From IMG/VR virus record IMGVR_UViG_3300020420_000671: a DNA stretch of 64,000 nt; one strand, written 5' to 3'. The notes beneath the pieces are model-generated. The model was given only the letters and a program-made list of their open reading frames with translations. It was not told the origin of the DNA and did not search any database. Positions 7,718 through 16,299 of the stretch are shown here, piece after piece. A program made the position numbers and the translations under genes. The stretch is from a virus (Duplodnaviria > Caudoviricetes). Numbering within the stretch: the first letter of the stretch is position 1; every line of letters begins with the position of its first letter.

Positions 7718-8230
7718 CTAACCTATGAACTGACCTTTCTTCTTCATGTCTAAAACTCTTTTCAGCATATCGATATGATCCTGTACCGCAACCTCAAACA
7801 GTGGCTTGATAGTCTCAGGCTCATTTTCATCTACATAGAACCATTCGAACTTCTCTTCATCTGCCTTCTTGCTCACATCCTTGAGAACATATAGATATTC
7901 TTCACCGCATTTGAAAGCCTCGTCCAACAGGACCACCCCATTCAGGTGCTTGTGGTATCCCACATCCTTTTCGCCTCGGTCACGGCCATAATAGACATTC
8001 TGTATGTCATAGTCCTTAGCCTTGCGATCGTCGAAGTCAATCTTTGATCCTACGGTATAGGCCCACTTGGAAGCATCTCCCAATTCAATTGCTTCTTGAA
8101 CCTTGTCGTAGTTGGTCCAATGATCGATCAGGATATAACCTAGTCCTCCTGGATAACCGTCCCAATGTTGATATGATGAAATAAATGAACCGTCTTTCAG
8201 TTCCAATGCTATTCTTGCCCTTGTTGCCAT
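7718..8230 (-). CDS. conserved phage hypothetical protein
   Basis: MATRARIA...YQHWDGYP motif; own promoter. Confidence 0.8.
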   Translation of the reverse strand: MATRARIALELKDGSFISSYQHWDGYPGGLGYILIDHWTNYDKVQEAIELGDASKWAYTVGSKIDFDDRKAKDYDIQNVYYGRDRGEKDVGYHKHLNGVVLLDEAFKCGEEYLYVLKDVSKKADEEKFEWFYVDENEPETIKPLFEVAVQDHIDMLKRVLDMKKKGQFIG

Positions 8231-8274
8231 CTTTGTGCCTTTCCTTGTTGCCTTATTATGTTTATATTATATGA

Positions 8275-8592
8275 TCAATTGAGAACTTTGTCAACCTGTT
8301 TCGACTGACTAGTTTCACCAATGATCAATGCCAATTTTAATAGTATGCCCTCCACATTCATAGGAGATAGGTTGTGAATAACATCATCAACCCAGTCCAT
8401 TTCGTTCAGTGGGTCAGGGTGGATCCCAGGTAATTGAACAAAACGACCATCCTTGAAAATAGCCAATTCATAGTGATTACCTTTGCCTGTAAGATCAACA
8501 ACGGACACTTCATATGGTCCCATTTGAACTTTGGCTTGGATCCCACCTGCCTTCACTGGGTGGGGCAAAAATTGTAAATCTGTAAATCTCAT
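8275..8592 (-). CDS. hypothetical protein
   Basis: 105-aa ORF in operon. Confidence 0.7.
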   Translation of the reverse strand: MRFTDLQFLPHPVKAGGIQAKVQMGPYEVSVVDLTGKGNHYELAIFKDGRFVQLPGIHPDPLNEMDWVDDVIHNLSPMNVEGILLKLALIIGETSQSKQVDKVLN

Positions 8593-8594
8593 AT

Positions 8595-8954
8595 CTAGCT
8601 CCCTGTCACAAGTTCTAGTTCGCCATTGTCTAGCATGGTGAAATCTTCGACAAAATAGTGCCAGTCACCTTTGGCCTTCTTTGCCTGTTGAAAGCAGTCT
8701 TCCGCCGCCTTCCATAAAGCACCTAGGGTACCGTCTTCTGCTACGGCTTTGAAAGTCACCCAGGTTGTGTCGTCAAAGGACGGACCCATCTCATCGATGA
8801 TCTTGTAGGAAACCGTTCTAGGCTTGTCTGTGAAAATCTTGAAGTCCAAAGGCATACAGCCTTGTAGATCCATATCGAACACGGTGTCATAACCTAACTG
8901 ATCCTTTAGACCATCATAATGATTACGTTCTTTAATAAAATTATCTTCTAGCAT
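8595..8954 (-). CDS. hypothetical protein
   Basis: ATG 8954 behind GGAGGG; promoter at 9022. Confidence 0.75.
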   Translation of the reverse strand: MLEDNFIKERNHYDGLKDQLGYDTVFDMDLQGCMPLDFKIFTDKPRTVSYKIIDEMGPSFDDTTWVTFKAVAEDGTLGALWKAAEDCFQQAKKAKGDWHYFVEDFTMLDNGELELVTGS

Positions 8955-9029
8955 ATAACCCTCCAAAGTTTTGTTTGCCCTAATTACTCATTTATTATAT
9001 GATCATTTTGAAGCCTTGTCAACCCCTAA

Positions 9030-9638
9030 TTAACAAGAAACTGCATTTAATCTCTTATTAATTGACTCTTTTTCTTCATCAGGTAGAACGTCCCAATATT
9101 CCATCAGTATCTTGTACGCCACTTCATATTTGTTTTCGCTCTTATATCCTGACTCTGGATCTATGTTCCAATCTCTATTTCTAGTGGTAATGGTCATCTG
9201 ATCTGGGTTTTCATAATCCTCTGTATCATACTCAATAACATCCTGCCATTCATTCATAATTTGAAATAGATATTCATTGGCATGATCGTAGTCATCACCT
9301 ATCCAGTCATATTCATTGACAGCAATATAGTCTGCCACTTCACTGTCACTCATGTTCATAAGTTCGTTCAGTTTCTTTTCGTCATTGATCTTATACATTC
9401 CGTGATCGTGAAACTCTATACAATTATAGAACCTATTGTCCTCTTGCCCAAGTTCATATTGCTTTGGCTTTTCAGAATAATTATCCCCTGGCGACATCTC
9501 TATAGTTGCTAGGATATATCTCATTCTCTGAGTGTCTTCTTGATACCAATCCTGATTGTTATAGACATATTCGCCAATGTTCTTTACATCACTGACGAAT
9601 GCTTTTTTGATTTGTTCTCTTTGTTTTATAGTAGTCAT
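9030..9638 (-). CDS. acidic hypothetical protein
   Basis: 202-aa ORF with GAGGGC RBS and long leader. Confidence 0.75.
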   Translation of the reverse strand: MTTIKQREQIKKAFVSDVKNIGEYVYNNQDWYQEDTQRMRYILATIEMSPGDNYSEKPKQYELGQEDNRFYNCIEFHDHGMYKINDEKKLNELMNMSDSEVADYIAVNEYDWIGDDYDHANEYLFQIMNEWQDVIEYDTEDYENPDQMTITTRNRDWNIDPESGYKSENKYEVAYKILMEYWDVLPDEEKESINKRLNAVSC

Positions 9639-9797
9639 TTAAGCCCTCTTTCTTTTTGTTATAAACCTGGCGTTTAGATCTCGGCATGCATCTGTTTTAA
9701 TCTAATACCTTAGCTCACCCTTATCAACCGACGGTAGCCTCTGTGAGTACCAAGTTTCTTATTATGTCTTTATAATAACATCATCTGACATAGTTGT

Positions 9798-10727
9798 CTA
9801 CCCCTGTTTCTGCCAAATGTAAATTTTATCCTGCTTTTTCTTGCCCTTTTGTTGACCTAGTTGTTGAAGCAGATTCTCTTCGCTGTCACACTCGGGTAGG
9901 CCATGCTTAAGAGCATCTTCATACATCTTAGGAGATATGTTAAAGCAGACGTTCCCACCTATCTTAATATGTTTCAAACATTTTTCAAACAGAGGCAAAA
10001 AGAAATCCTTGTAAAATAGTTCATCACTCTGCCATGGCTTCATGTGTTCATACAATTCTAAGTTGATGTAGGGCGGACTTGTAAGAACCATGTCATAGGG
10101 TATCTTTGAAAAGTCCACATCAAGACAGCTCTTGTAGATCATCTTTAATTTACTTGTCTGGGTCTCGAATAGTTCGTTATCAAGCTCTTGTTCTTTGTTT
10201 AGAAAGTCTATCATACCGTCATAGGCAGTTTTAAGTTCTTTGTTCGTGTCTATGCCTGTGTAATCTATATCAAGAGCCCAAGCACCTAGCATCCTGCCAC
10301 CCCAACCTGCTGTCGGATCTAATACATGGCTGGCTCCATATTTCTTGTAGAGATATTTTGCCGTTGTGCTTTTGAACATCACAATGGATCCAAGATTGAT
10401 ACGGAAACATTCATAGACATTACCAGCGGCAGTTCTGCCACCTCTGTTTCTCTTTCGAGTGTTTTCGATCAGCTTCTTTCGTTCTTTTGGATCATTCCAG
10501 ATGTCATAGATAGTCTTGCCCTTTTCTCTACGGCAGTTCAATAAATTCTTAAATTGAAAGTGATATAGAAATGGATTGCCATAGAAGTTATTCTTATTCT
10601 GTACGGCTTCAAACTTTCTTAAATTTTCTAAATCTTTTTGAAGTTCTCTAGTGGAGATGATTTTATGATTCTCAATGTCATTTATAGTCACCGAACTCAA
10701 ATGTCTATTTACTGGCTTCAACTTCAT
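9798..10727 (-). CDS. DNA amino-methyltransferase (N4-C/N6-A type)
   Basis: SAM-binding motif VLDPTAGWGGR and catalytic motif TSPPY. Confidence 0.85.
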   Translation of the reverse strand: MKLKPVNRHLSSVTINDIENHKIISTRELQKDLENLRKFEAVQNKNNFYGNPFLYHFQFKNLLNCRREKGKTIYDIWNDPKERKKLIENTRKRNRGGRTAAGNVYECFRINLGSIVMFKSTTAKYLYKKYGASHVLDPTAGWGGRMLGAWALDIDYTGIDTNKELKTAYDGMIDFLNKEQELDNELFETQTSKLKMIYKSCLDVDFSKIPYDMVLTSPPYINLELYEHMKPWQSDELFYKDFFLPLFEKCLKHIKIGGNVCFNISPKMYEDALKHGLPECDSEENLLQQLGQQKGKKKQDKIYIWQKQG

Positions 10728-10758
10728 ACTAATATATTATAATCAAAACCCCTTTTTG

Positions 10759-10965
10759 TCAACCAGTATTGGCCAACCCGTAATGAGTGTACCACATCTC
10801 CTTGTGATCGACATAAAAGTCAGTATCACGATCGTAATACTTTCCTTCTTGCGGATCATAATACAGAACCTTGCCTGATTCAAACATATATGGACCTTCC
10901 AATCCTTGATCACTCAAGTCCGTGTATCTTTCACGGTCAATCTGTCCTAGCACCTTATACCCCAT
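10759..10965 (-). CDS. hypothetical protein
   Basis: 68-aa ORF in coupled operon. Confidence 0.7.
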   Translation of the reverse strand: MGYKVLGQIDRERYTDLSDQGLEGPYMFESGKVLYYDPQEGKYYDRDTDFYVDHKEMWYTHYGLANTG

Positions 10966-11176
10966 TAAGAAATCCTCCTAAAAAATCTGGTTTACGGTTT
11001 CTACCCTTGCGGATCTTGATAAAGTTTCTTTCAGTGACCACACTCGGCATACCATGCCTGCCACCCATGTTCACCACCCAACCAATAGGGCCCTTCATCA
11101 CTGCCTTGCCCTTCAACTCTTTTGAGTGTGGGGTAGAAAAATAAACTGTATCACCTACCATAATATCATTAAACAT
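10955..11176 (-). CDS. hypothetical protein
   Basis: 73-aa ORF in coupled operon. Confidence 0.7.
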   Translation of the reverse strand: MFNDIMVGDTVYFSTPHSKELKGKAVMKGPIGWVVNMGGRHGMPSVVTERNFIKIRKGRNRKPDFLGGFLNGV

Positions 11177-11376
11177 TATTTGATCTCCTTTATTTCATAA
11201 AAGATTGCGTCTTTAAGGTCGTCCGTGTCGAAACTATATTCTTCACCTGAGTCCTCATCGTGAACATAAAGTTTCTGCTCTTCAGGATCGAACCCATCTA
11301 CCCTTGACCAATCGTCTCCGGGCAGTTTGATGAAAGAAGCTCTCTTACATTTTTCAAACATTACCTTGTCCATCAT
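11176..11376 (-). CDS. hypothetical protein
   Basis: 66-aa ORF in coupled operon. Confidence 0.7.
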   Translation of the reverse strand: MMDKVMFEKCKRASFIKLPGDDWSRVDGFDPEEQKLYVHDEDSGEEYSFDTDDLKDAIFYEIKEIK

Positions 11377-11600
11377 AATGATTCCTCCTCTCGCATATTC
11401 GCAAAGAGCATCAACTCTATTGAAAGTTCCTTTGCCTGCTCCCTTGTGAGTGATATGTAATCGAAGTGATTGTCTGCGGTTGTCCTAGGTGTTTTACCTG
11501 TTCTAGGTAGTGTTATTTGAACGCAGGAGCCTTTGTCTTTCCCACCAAAGAATCTAGTGAGCCAAAATGCTTCTGAATTAGTTTTAAGATCTGTTGCCAT
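11373..11600 (-). CDS. hypothetical protein
   Basis: 75-aa ORF, GAGGGC RBS, promoter at 11660. Confidence 0.75.
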   Translation of the reverse strand: MATDLKTNSEAFWLTRFFGGKDKGSCVQITLPRTGKTPRTTADNHFDYISLTREQAKELSIELMLFANMREEESL

Positions 11601-11656
11601 GTCGCCCTCTCTGTTGCCTTATTATGTTTATATTATATGATCAGTTGATCTTCTTG

Positions 11657-12025
11657 TCAACCCCTAATCATGCCCTGTTCAATTGCGGCCGCTCGAACTA
11701 TGGGTGTGAATGCTTCACTTACTAAAAATTCAACCCTGTCCCAGTTGCCTGGAAAATATTGATCTCTGCCGTAGTATTCTGGCAATGGAAGATCATCTCT
11801 TTTGAGGCCTAGTACCTTAAGACTCTTACCTCTATTGATAAGACCATTGTTAAAAATGTCATAGGTGACATTCTGTGCCTTTCGGAACTTTTCAAGACAT
11901 CTGTTCTTGTTGGCATTCTTTACCATGCCCATTGCTGGTAATTTGTCTTGGAGTGCGTCTACCAAATGTTTGACATCGTTTCTGACGCCCCATTCACTTG
12001 TGAATAATTCTGCTTGTTTGTCCAT
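11657..12025 (-). CDS. hypothetical protein
   Basis: 122-aa ORF, GAGGG RBS, promoter at 12085. Confidence 0.75.
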   Translation of the reverse strand: MDKQAELFTSEWGVRNDVKHLVDALQDKLPAMGMVKNANKNRCLEKFRKAQNVTYDIFNNGLINRGKSLKVLGLKRDDLPLPEYYGRDQYFPGNWDRVEFLVSEAFTPIVRAAAIEQGMIRG

Positions 12026-12105
12026 AATACCCTCTTCTTGTTTAAGTTATAATTGCATTATATGATCAATAAACTCTCTTGTCAACCCCTAATGAAAAAT
12101 AAAGT

Positions 12106-12199
12106 TGGTGGTCCCGGGGAGATTCGAACTCCCATCGCTCTCTAATCTGGAGACTTTGCCGAGTATAAGCCGGGTGTTTTACCATTAAACTACAGGACC
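12106..12199 (-). tRNA. tRNA-Ile(UAU) with atypical long variable arm
   Basis: Acceptor GGTCCTG/CGGGACC, loop CTTATAC, 24-nt variable region, T-stem GGGAG/CTCCC, A73 and CCA; 94 nt. Confidence 0.8.
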
Positions 12200-12207
12200 A
12201 CGGAACT

Positions 12208-12441
12208 TTAATTTAGGACAGGATCGTTAGGGCGTTCTTCTTGATCCGGATGCCAATGAGTGACATCACCGGTTAGAAAGCCATAATCATTATAAAAGAT
12301 AGACATTCCTCTCCACATTCTTCCTTCTTCATCTTCGTATAGTCCTCCATAGAAACCTCTATGGGTTCCTACGATATCAAAATGATACCAACAGGGTTCT
12401 CCTACCTCAGGTAGTCTTTCGTCAACATGAATCCATTCCAT
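12208..12441 (-). CDS. DUF551-like protein
   Basis: MEWIHVDERLPE start and VTHW end. Confidence 0.7.
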   Translation of the reverse strand: MEWIHVDERLPEVGEPCWYHFDIVGTHRGFYGGLYEDEEGRMWRGMSIFYNDYGFLTGDVTHWHPDQEERPNDPVLN

Positions 12442-12483
12442 AATAAACTCCTTTCAAATAGATTATCTTGTGTTTGATGTTTA

Positions 12484-12909
12484 TTATGATATTCGAAATT
12501 CTTCTTTGACGTATCTCTTTAGTTCGTGATCACCTACATCATCGGGCAGTTCTTTCTTGAAGAACAGCCGATAAGAATCGGAGCCGTATTTTCCAATGCC
12601 ATATAGTTTGGTGGCATCGTCTCCGTCCCAAGACATAAAGTCTTCGGTCATGCGTCGAAGTGTTCTTTCGCGTCGATTGTAGAATCCACATTCTCTAATC
12701 ACTTCTATTACATCCTCCGTCTTGCTATTTAAGAACTTCCGGGGCGTAGGCCATTTGTTTAGAAAAGCCGGTAAAGTTCTTTTCACTTGTTTTCTTCCTG
12801 TTTGGTTTAGGAAGATGACCCCCACCATATGTTGCCAGGGGCCACTTATCTGTTGTTGAACCATTCTATCCTCTTTAAGAGGAATAGACAATTTCTTTCG
12901 CTTTGGCAT
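12484..12909 (-). CDS. HhH-GPD DNA glycosylase, MBD4-like (G:T/G:U mismatch)
   Basis: PWQHMVGVIFLNQTGRKQV, KWPTP and LYGIGKYGSDSY motifs. Confidence 0.8.
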   Translation of the reverse strand: MPKRKKLSIPLKEDRMVQQQISGPWQHMVGVIFLNQTGRKQVKRTLPAFLNKWPTPRKFLNSKTEDVIEVIRECGFYNRRERTLRRMTEDFMSWDGDDATKLYGIGKYGSDSYRLFFKKELPDDVGDHELKRYVKEEFRIS

Positions 12910-13384
12910 ATAAGGTTTTATCTCCTTTGGTCAAAACTTCTAACAAGGCTTTCATCTCTTCGATGTAAACCTTTGCGAAGCTCGGATCGTTTGCCTTGAT
13001 GTCCTGTGAATTAGATATGACATCTGCCAATTTGATAGTTTGAACTTCGGCATTTTGTTTCGCCAAATGATCTTTGTCAATGGCCTTCCTTGCTTTTCTG
13101 TTGCCATCTTCTGGCTTAGAAACATCAGTCAAACCTTCTACCAAGTCGGCTACCTTTTGTGAAGTCTTATCAGCGATATCCTCTAAGGTAAAATCAGTAT
13201 CCTCCACCACGTCATGTAATAAAGCGGCGGCGATCATTTCATCTGTATGATCAACTTCCTGAACGATAGTGGCTACCTCAATAGGATGAACAATGTAAGG
13301 CAATTTAGAATATTTTCTAAACTGACCTTCATGTGCCTTGCCAGCCAACATCTTCGCTTCATTTATTAATGGTGTGTCTTTCAT
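12875..13384 (-). CDS. stand-alone RelA/SpoT-type HD hydrolase (Mesh1/SAH-like)
   Basis: AHEGQFRK...PYIVHP...AALLHDVVEDT...IKLAD motifs. Confidence 0.85.
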   Translation of the reverse strand: MKDTPLINEAKMLAGKAHEGQFRKYSKLPYIVHPIEVATIVQEVDHTDEMIAAALLHDVVEDTDFTLEDIADKTSQKVADLVEGLTDVSKPEDGNRKARKAIDKDHLAKQNAEVQTIKLADVISNSQDIKANDPSFAKVYIEEMKALLEVLTKGDKTLYAKAKEIVYSS

Positions 13385-13690
13385 TTACTCACTCGCTAAA
13401 GGATCTTTCCATTCAATCTCGTCCACGTCCCATAGATCCTCAAATGGAACAACGAATTCTCTTTTGGACTTTTCGTCCTGAAGTTTTACCAACTTCTTTT
13501 CTGTATCTCTTTGAAGCAGAATACCAAGTCCTTCATAGGTGCCTGTCTTCGCAATAGGTAAGTCGGATAAACTATATTGGCCACCTAAACGACCGAATTC
13601 GTCGATAGGCATATTTTCTAATTTGAATTTGGCCGCATAGCTCTTGCCCGGCTCAATAGTTTCGATTGTCAACATTGTTTTCTCCTTCAT
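13385..13690 (-). CDS. hypothetical protein
   Basis: 101-aa ORF behind promoter at 13728. Confidence 0.7.
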   Translation of the reverse strand: MKEKTMLTIETIEPGKSYAAKFKLENMPIDEFGRLGGQYSLSDLPIAKTGTYEGLGILLQRDTEKKLVKLQDEKSKREFVVPFEDLWDVDEIEWKDPLASE

Positions 13691-13736
13691 TGTCCTTATA
13701 TTATAAGGTCAATTATTTTAGATGTCAACTATTATT

Positions 13737-13886
13737 TTAATTATCTGAAGTTAGATCTGCCAATCCCTGTGCCGCTTGGTTAGTAAAAGCCTTCGCGGTG
13801 TTGATAAGGCCGGAAAAATCTCCGCCTGTATCATAGAGATAGTAGATACCAAAACCAATCGCAATATAGATCGCAATCTTGATCAT
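13737..13886 (-). CDS. 49-aa membrane peptide (MIKIAIYIAIGFGIYYLYDTGG...)
   Basis: Manually found; ATGA overlap with upstream stop. Confidence 0.6.
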   Translation of the reverse strand: MIKIAIYIAIGFGIYYLYDTGGDFSGLINTAKAFTNQAAQGLADLTSDN

Positions 13887-14107
13887 GCCATCGCTCCTTC
13901 CACTTGTTTCAAAACCTTTTTGGAATGCTTACAATAGCCATGCCAGCCAAAGCCGATACAATCACACTCAAAGCCTTTGTCTGTCAATTCAACAGAATAT
14001 TGATTTCCTGTTGAGCCTGTCACTGGCCATGTTATTCCTACCCAACAATGATCTTTAGGATCAAATAGATTAGGTTTTAGATATTTTTTTTGATATTTTT
14101 TAGACAT
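13883..14107 (-). CDS. SWIM zinc-finger protein
   Basis: FECDC...YCKH motif. Confidence 0.8.
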   Translation of the reverse strand: MSKKYQKKYLKPNLFDPKDHCWVGITWPVTGSTGNQYSVELTDKGFECDCIGFGWHGYCKHSKKVLKQVEGAMA

Positions 14108-14309
14108 TCCATTCAATTAAAGGCTTTCTATTCATGTTCGAATAAATTGCCTTCACCCTGTAATTATATGTGGTTTCATTTAGAGCCAGATTGGATAAAT
14201 GTTTCTTCCAAATAGATTTGTAATCTTCCGGAAGAGTTGGATTGTTCTCGAGCAGAAACCTAATGGCCTCTGCTCTTTGAAGTTGTTTATCCTCGGAATA
14301 AGGACCCAT
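14100..14309 (-). CDS. hypothetical protein
   Basis: 69-aa ORF in coupled operon. Confidence 0.7.
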   Translation of the reverse strand: MGPYSEDKQLQRAEAIRFLLENNPTLPEDYKSIWKKHLSNLALNETTYNYRVKAIYSNMNRKPLIEWNV

Positions 14310-14602
14310 TATGCTATCTCTCTAAGATGAGTGAGCATAGAAGCAGGAACTCTCCACTTCTCTCCACCAATGTGGGTCGAAACGATAACATATTTCCTAT
14401 TCACCTTTTCAACGGTAGCATTTACCTTGCCACCAGTCCTACGAGATTTGAATTGAACCATATCGCCGATTGTGAATTGTTTGATAGCCTGCTTGGCTAG
14501 ATATTGTCTTTTGAGTTGGACGGCTTCGATAACCTCTTGTAGTTGAGTGCCTTCCATTTGATAGATAAGTTCTACCGCCTTTGTAACCAAATTGTTTGCC
14601 AT
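14309..14602 (-). CDS. hypothetical protein (SH3/KOW-like C-terminus)
   Basis: FTIGDMVQF...VEKVNRKYVIV; promoter at 14665. Confidence 0.7.
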   Translation of the reverse strand: MANNLVTKAVELIYQMEGTQLQEVIEAVQLKRQYLAKQAIKQFTIGDMVQFKSRRTGGKVNATVEKVNRKYVIVSTHIGGEKWRVPASMLTHLREIA

Positions 14603-14653
14603 TGTTCGCCCTTTCTGTTTGCCTAATTATGTTTATATTATACGATCTAAAAT

Positions 14654-14872
14654 TTACTTTGTCAAGATATTTTGGTTCTTTTCATCTAACTTTATTATCA
14701 TATCAAAGAAACTTTGAAAAAACCTATCCACATCATCTACGGGTTGACCCGCAGGAATACATACTGCCTTAGGATCTTGTTCTTTCAATCCTTCCAATGC
14801 CTGTTTACAGACATCCTCACTAGGATATAATAATTGTAGATTCATGGCTGTCGCTATCAATAAAAATTTCAT
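14654..14872 (-). CDS. hypothetical protein
   Basis: 72-aa ORF in coupled operon. Confidence 0.65.
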   Translation of the reverse strand: MKFLLIATAMNLQLLYPSEDVCKQALEGLKEQDPKAVCIPAGQPVDDVDRFFQSFFDMIIKLDEKNQNILTK

Positions 14873-15051
14873 TGTTCATTCCATTTCATAATTTCTATTT
14901 CACCTTTGTGGCTTTTCTTTGTTTTAAGAAAGCCTTGATGAATTAGATTATCGATTGTTTCTTCGATAATTTTTTTAACCTTTGCCTTGGCAAAGACGAA
15001 ACCCATATAGGTTCCTAAAACATAAGACAAAAATATAAATGTCTCAGCCAT
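14869..15051 (-). CDS. small membrane protein
   Basis: N-terminal TM; coupled overlaps. Confidence 0.65.
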   Translation of the reverse strand: MAETFIFLSYVLGTYMGFVFAKAKVKKIIEETIDNLIHQGFLKTKKSHKGEIEIMKWNEQ

Positions 15052-15227
15052 TATATCTCCATCTCCATTTGAGCTTGTCTCTCCTGCTGGGTCACGAATA
15101 TATAACTTCCTAAATCATCTACTAGATTAGGAAATCTTTTATCCATCTCCTCAATGAATGTCTGCCTTTCCTCAGCAGTCATTCTAGCGATCATTTCTAT
15201 CAGCATTCTGCTCTGCATTGTGTTCAT
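15051..15227 (-). CDS. 58-aa hypothetical protein (MNTMQSRMLIEMIARM...)
   Basis: Manually found; fills gap with stop/start overlaps. Confidence 0.6.
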   Translation of the reverse strand: MNTMQSRMLIEMIARMTAEERQTFIEEMDKRFPNLVDDLGSYIFVTQQERQAQMEMEI

Positions 15228-15479
15228 TTATTTCTCCACTATGTCCATAGACCATTGGTCCCATGGCTCTGTTTCAGTTGCCTTTAGTAAATTAAAGTCA
15301 ACGGTTAAGTTTTGGTTTAGCACCTCGTCCTCCATGACCTCTTTGATTATTCTAAGGTCATCTGTGTCTTCAGTGTCGATCCACATCGTTCCATGTTGCC
15401 AAAACATATTTGGAACATCTTTGCCTATCTTGTGATAACGTTCTCTAATTTCGACGGTTGATAAAGTTTCTAATCCCAT
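15228..15479 (-). CDS. hypothetical protein
   Basis: ATG 15479 overlaps upstream TAA. Confidence 0.7.
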   Translation of the reverse strand: MGLETLSTVEIRERYHKIGKDVPNMFWQHGTMWIDTEDTDDLRIIKEVMEDEVLNQNLTVDFNLLKATETEPWDQWSMDIVEK

Positions 15480-15805
15480 TACATACTCCAGTAGGTTTCT
15501 GATGATGGTGAACAATAATATGGAGTATTGACCTTCTCCATAAACTCTTTGCCGTTCATAGCATTTTTCTTCTTAACGGACTTTTCAATAGTATTATGAA
15601 ATTTTTCTGCCTCACAGATGCTATATCTATAGAGCGGATAATTTGGATCAGTCTGTAGTAATCCGCTCGCCTTAGCAATTCTTGTGAGTCCTGCTTTGGC
15701 TGATGCCATAGTCTTATAAGATTGACTGTGGTCTGGTCTAGCAACACCATTTCTATCTGGCTTGCCTATTATATAAGTTGATGAATTTTCGTAAATGTAA
15801 AACAT
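15479..15805 (-). CDS. conserved phage hypothetical protein
   Basis: C-terminal NTPYYCSPSSETYWSM motif; promoter at 15876. Confidence 0.8.
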   Translation of the reverse strand: MFYIYENSSTYIIGKPDRNGVARPDHSQSYKTMASAKAGLTRIAKASGLLQTDPNYPLYRYSICEAEKFHNTIEKSVKKKNAMNGKEFMEKVNTPYYCSPSSETYWSM

Positions 15806-15903
15806 ATTTTAACCCTCTTGCCTTTCTGTTTGCCTAACTATATGCATATAATATAGTCACCAGAGATAATTGTCAACCTTTTTTGGTAATTTTTTTTGAA
15901 AGA

Positions 15904-16155
15904 TTAATACTGAGGAGCGATACCTGTCTTCGCTCCATATTCCCAGGTCCAATTTTGGTTTCTCTTTAATGACCTCATCGCACCGTTAGGTTCATTAGCA
16001 ATAAAGATCCAGTCACCATTCGGTGGATCATAAGGCTTCACACCTGGTTTAGTGACCCGGTCCATAAACCATTCATTAGTGATATTCATATTAGAGTGGC
16101 CACTACATGCCGTCAAAGAAATACATAGTAAGGATAATGAAACAAACTTCTTCAT
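15904..16155 (-). CDS. putative lipoprotein
   Basis: MKKFVSLSLLCISLTAC lipobox. Confidence 0.7.
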   Translation of the reverse strand: MKKFVSLSLLCISLTACSGHSNMNITNEWFMDRVTKPGVKPYDPPNGDWIFIANEPNGAMRSLKRNQNWTWEYGAKTGIAPQY

Positions 16156-16156
16156 T

Positions 16157-16252
16157 TTATCCTCCTATGGTGATCATGAAAGGTTCGCCTGTGACAGCGA
16201 TATGAATTAAATTAAAAGCAAATGCCATTGTCAAAATTTCTAGATAGCCCAC
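16157..16252 (-). CDS. 31-aa hydrophobic peptide
   Basis: GTG start behind AGGAG and promoter at 16317. Confidence 0.4.
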   Translation of the reverse strand: MGYLEILTMAFAFNLIHIAVTGEPFMITIGG

Positions 16253-16299
16253 GTGTGTCTCCTGTGTTGAGTGCCTAAGTTCCTACATATAATATAGTC

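Noticed and set aside
12106-12199. Intron in tRNA-Ile(UAU)
   Set aside because: The anticodon stem closes right after the loop and the extra bases lie in the variable-arm position; no self-splicing intron structure is visible.
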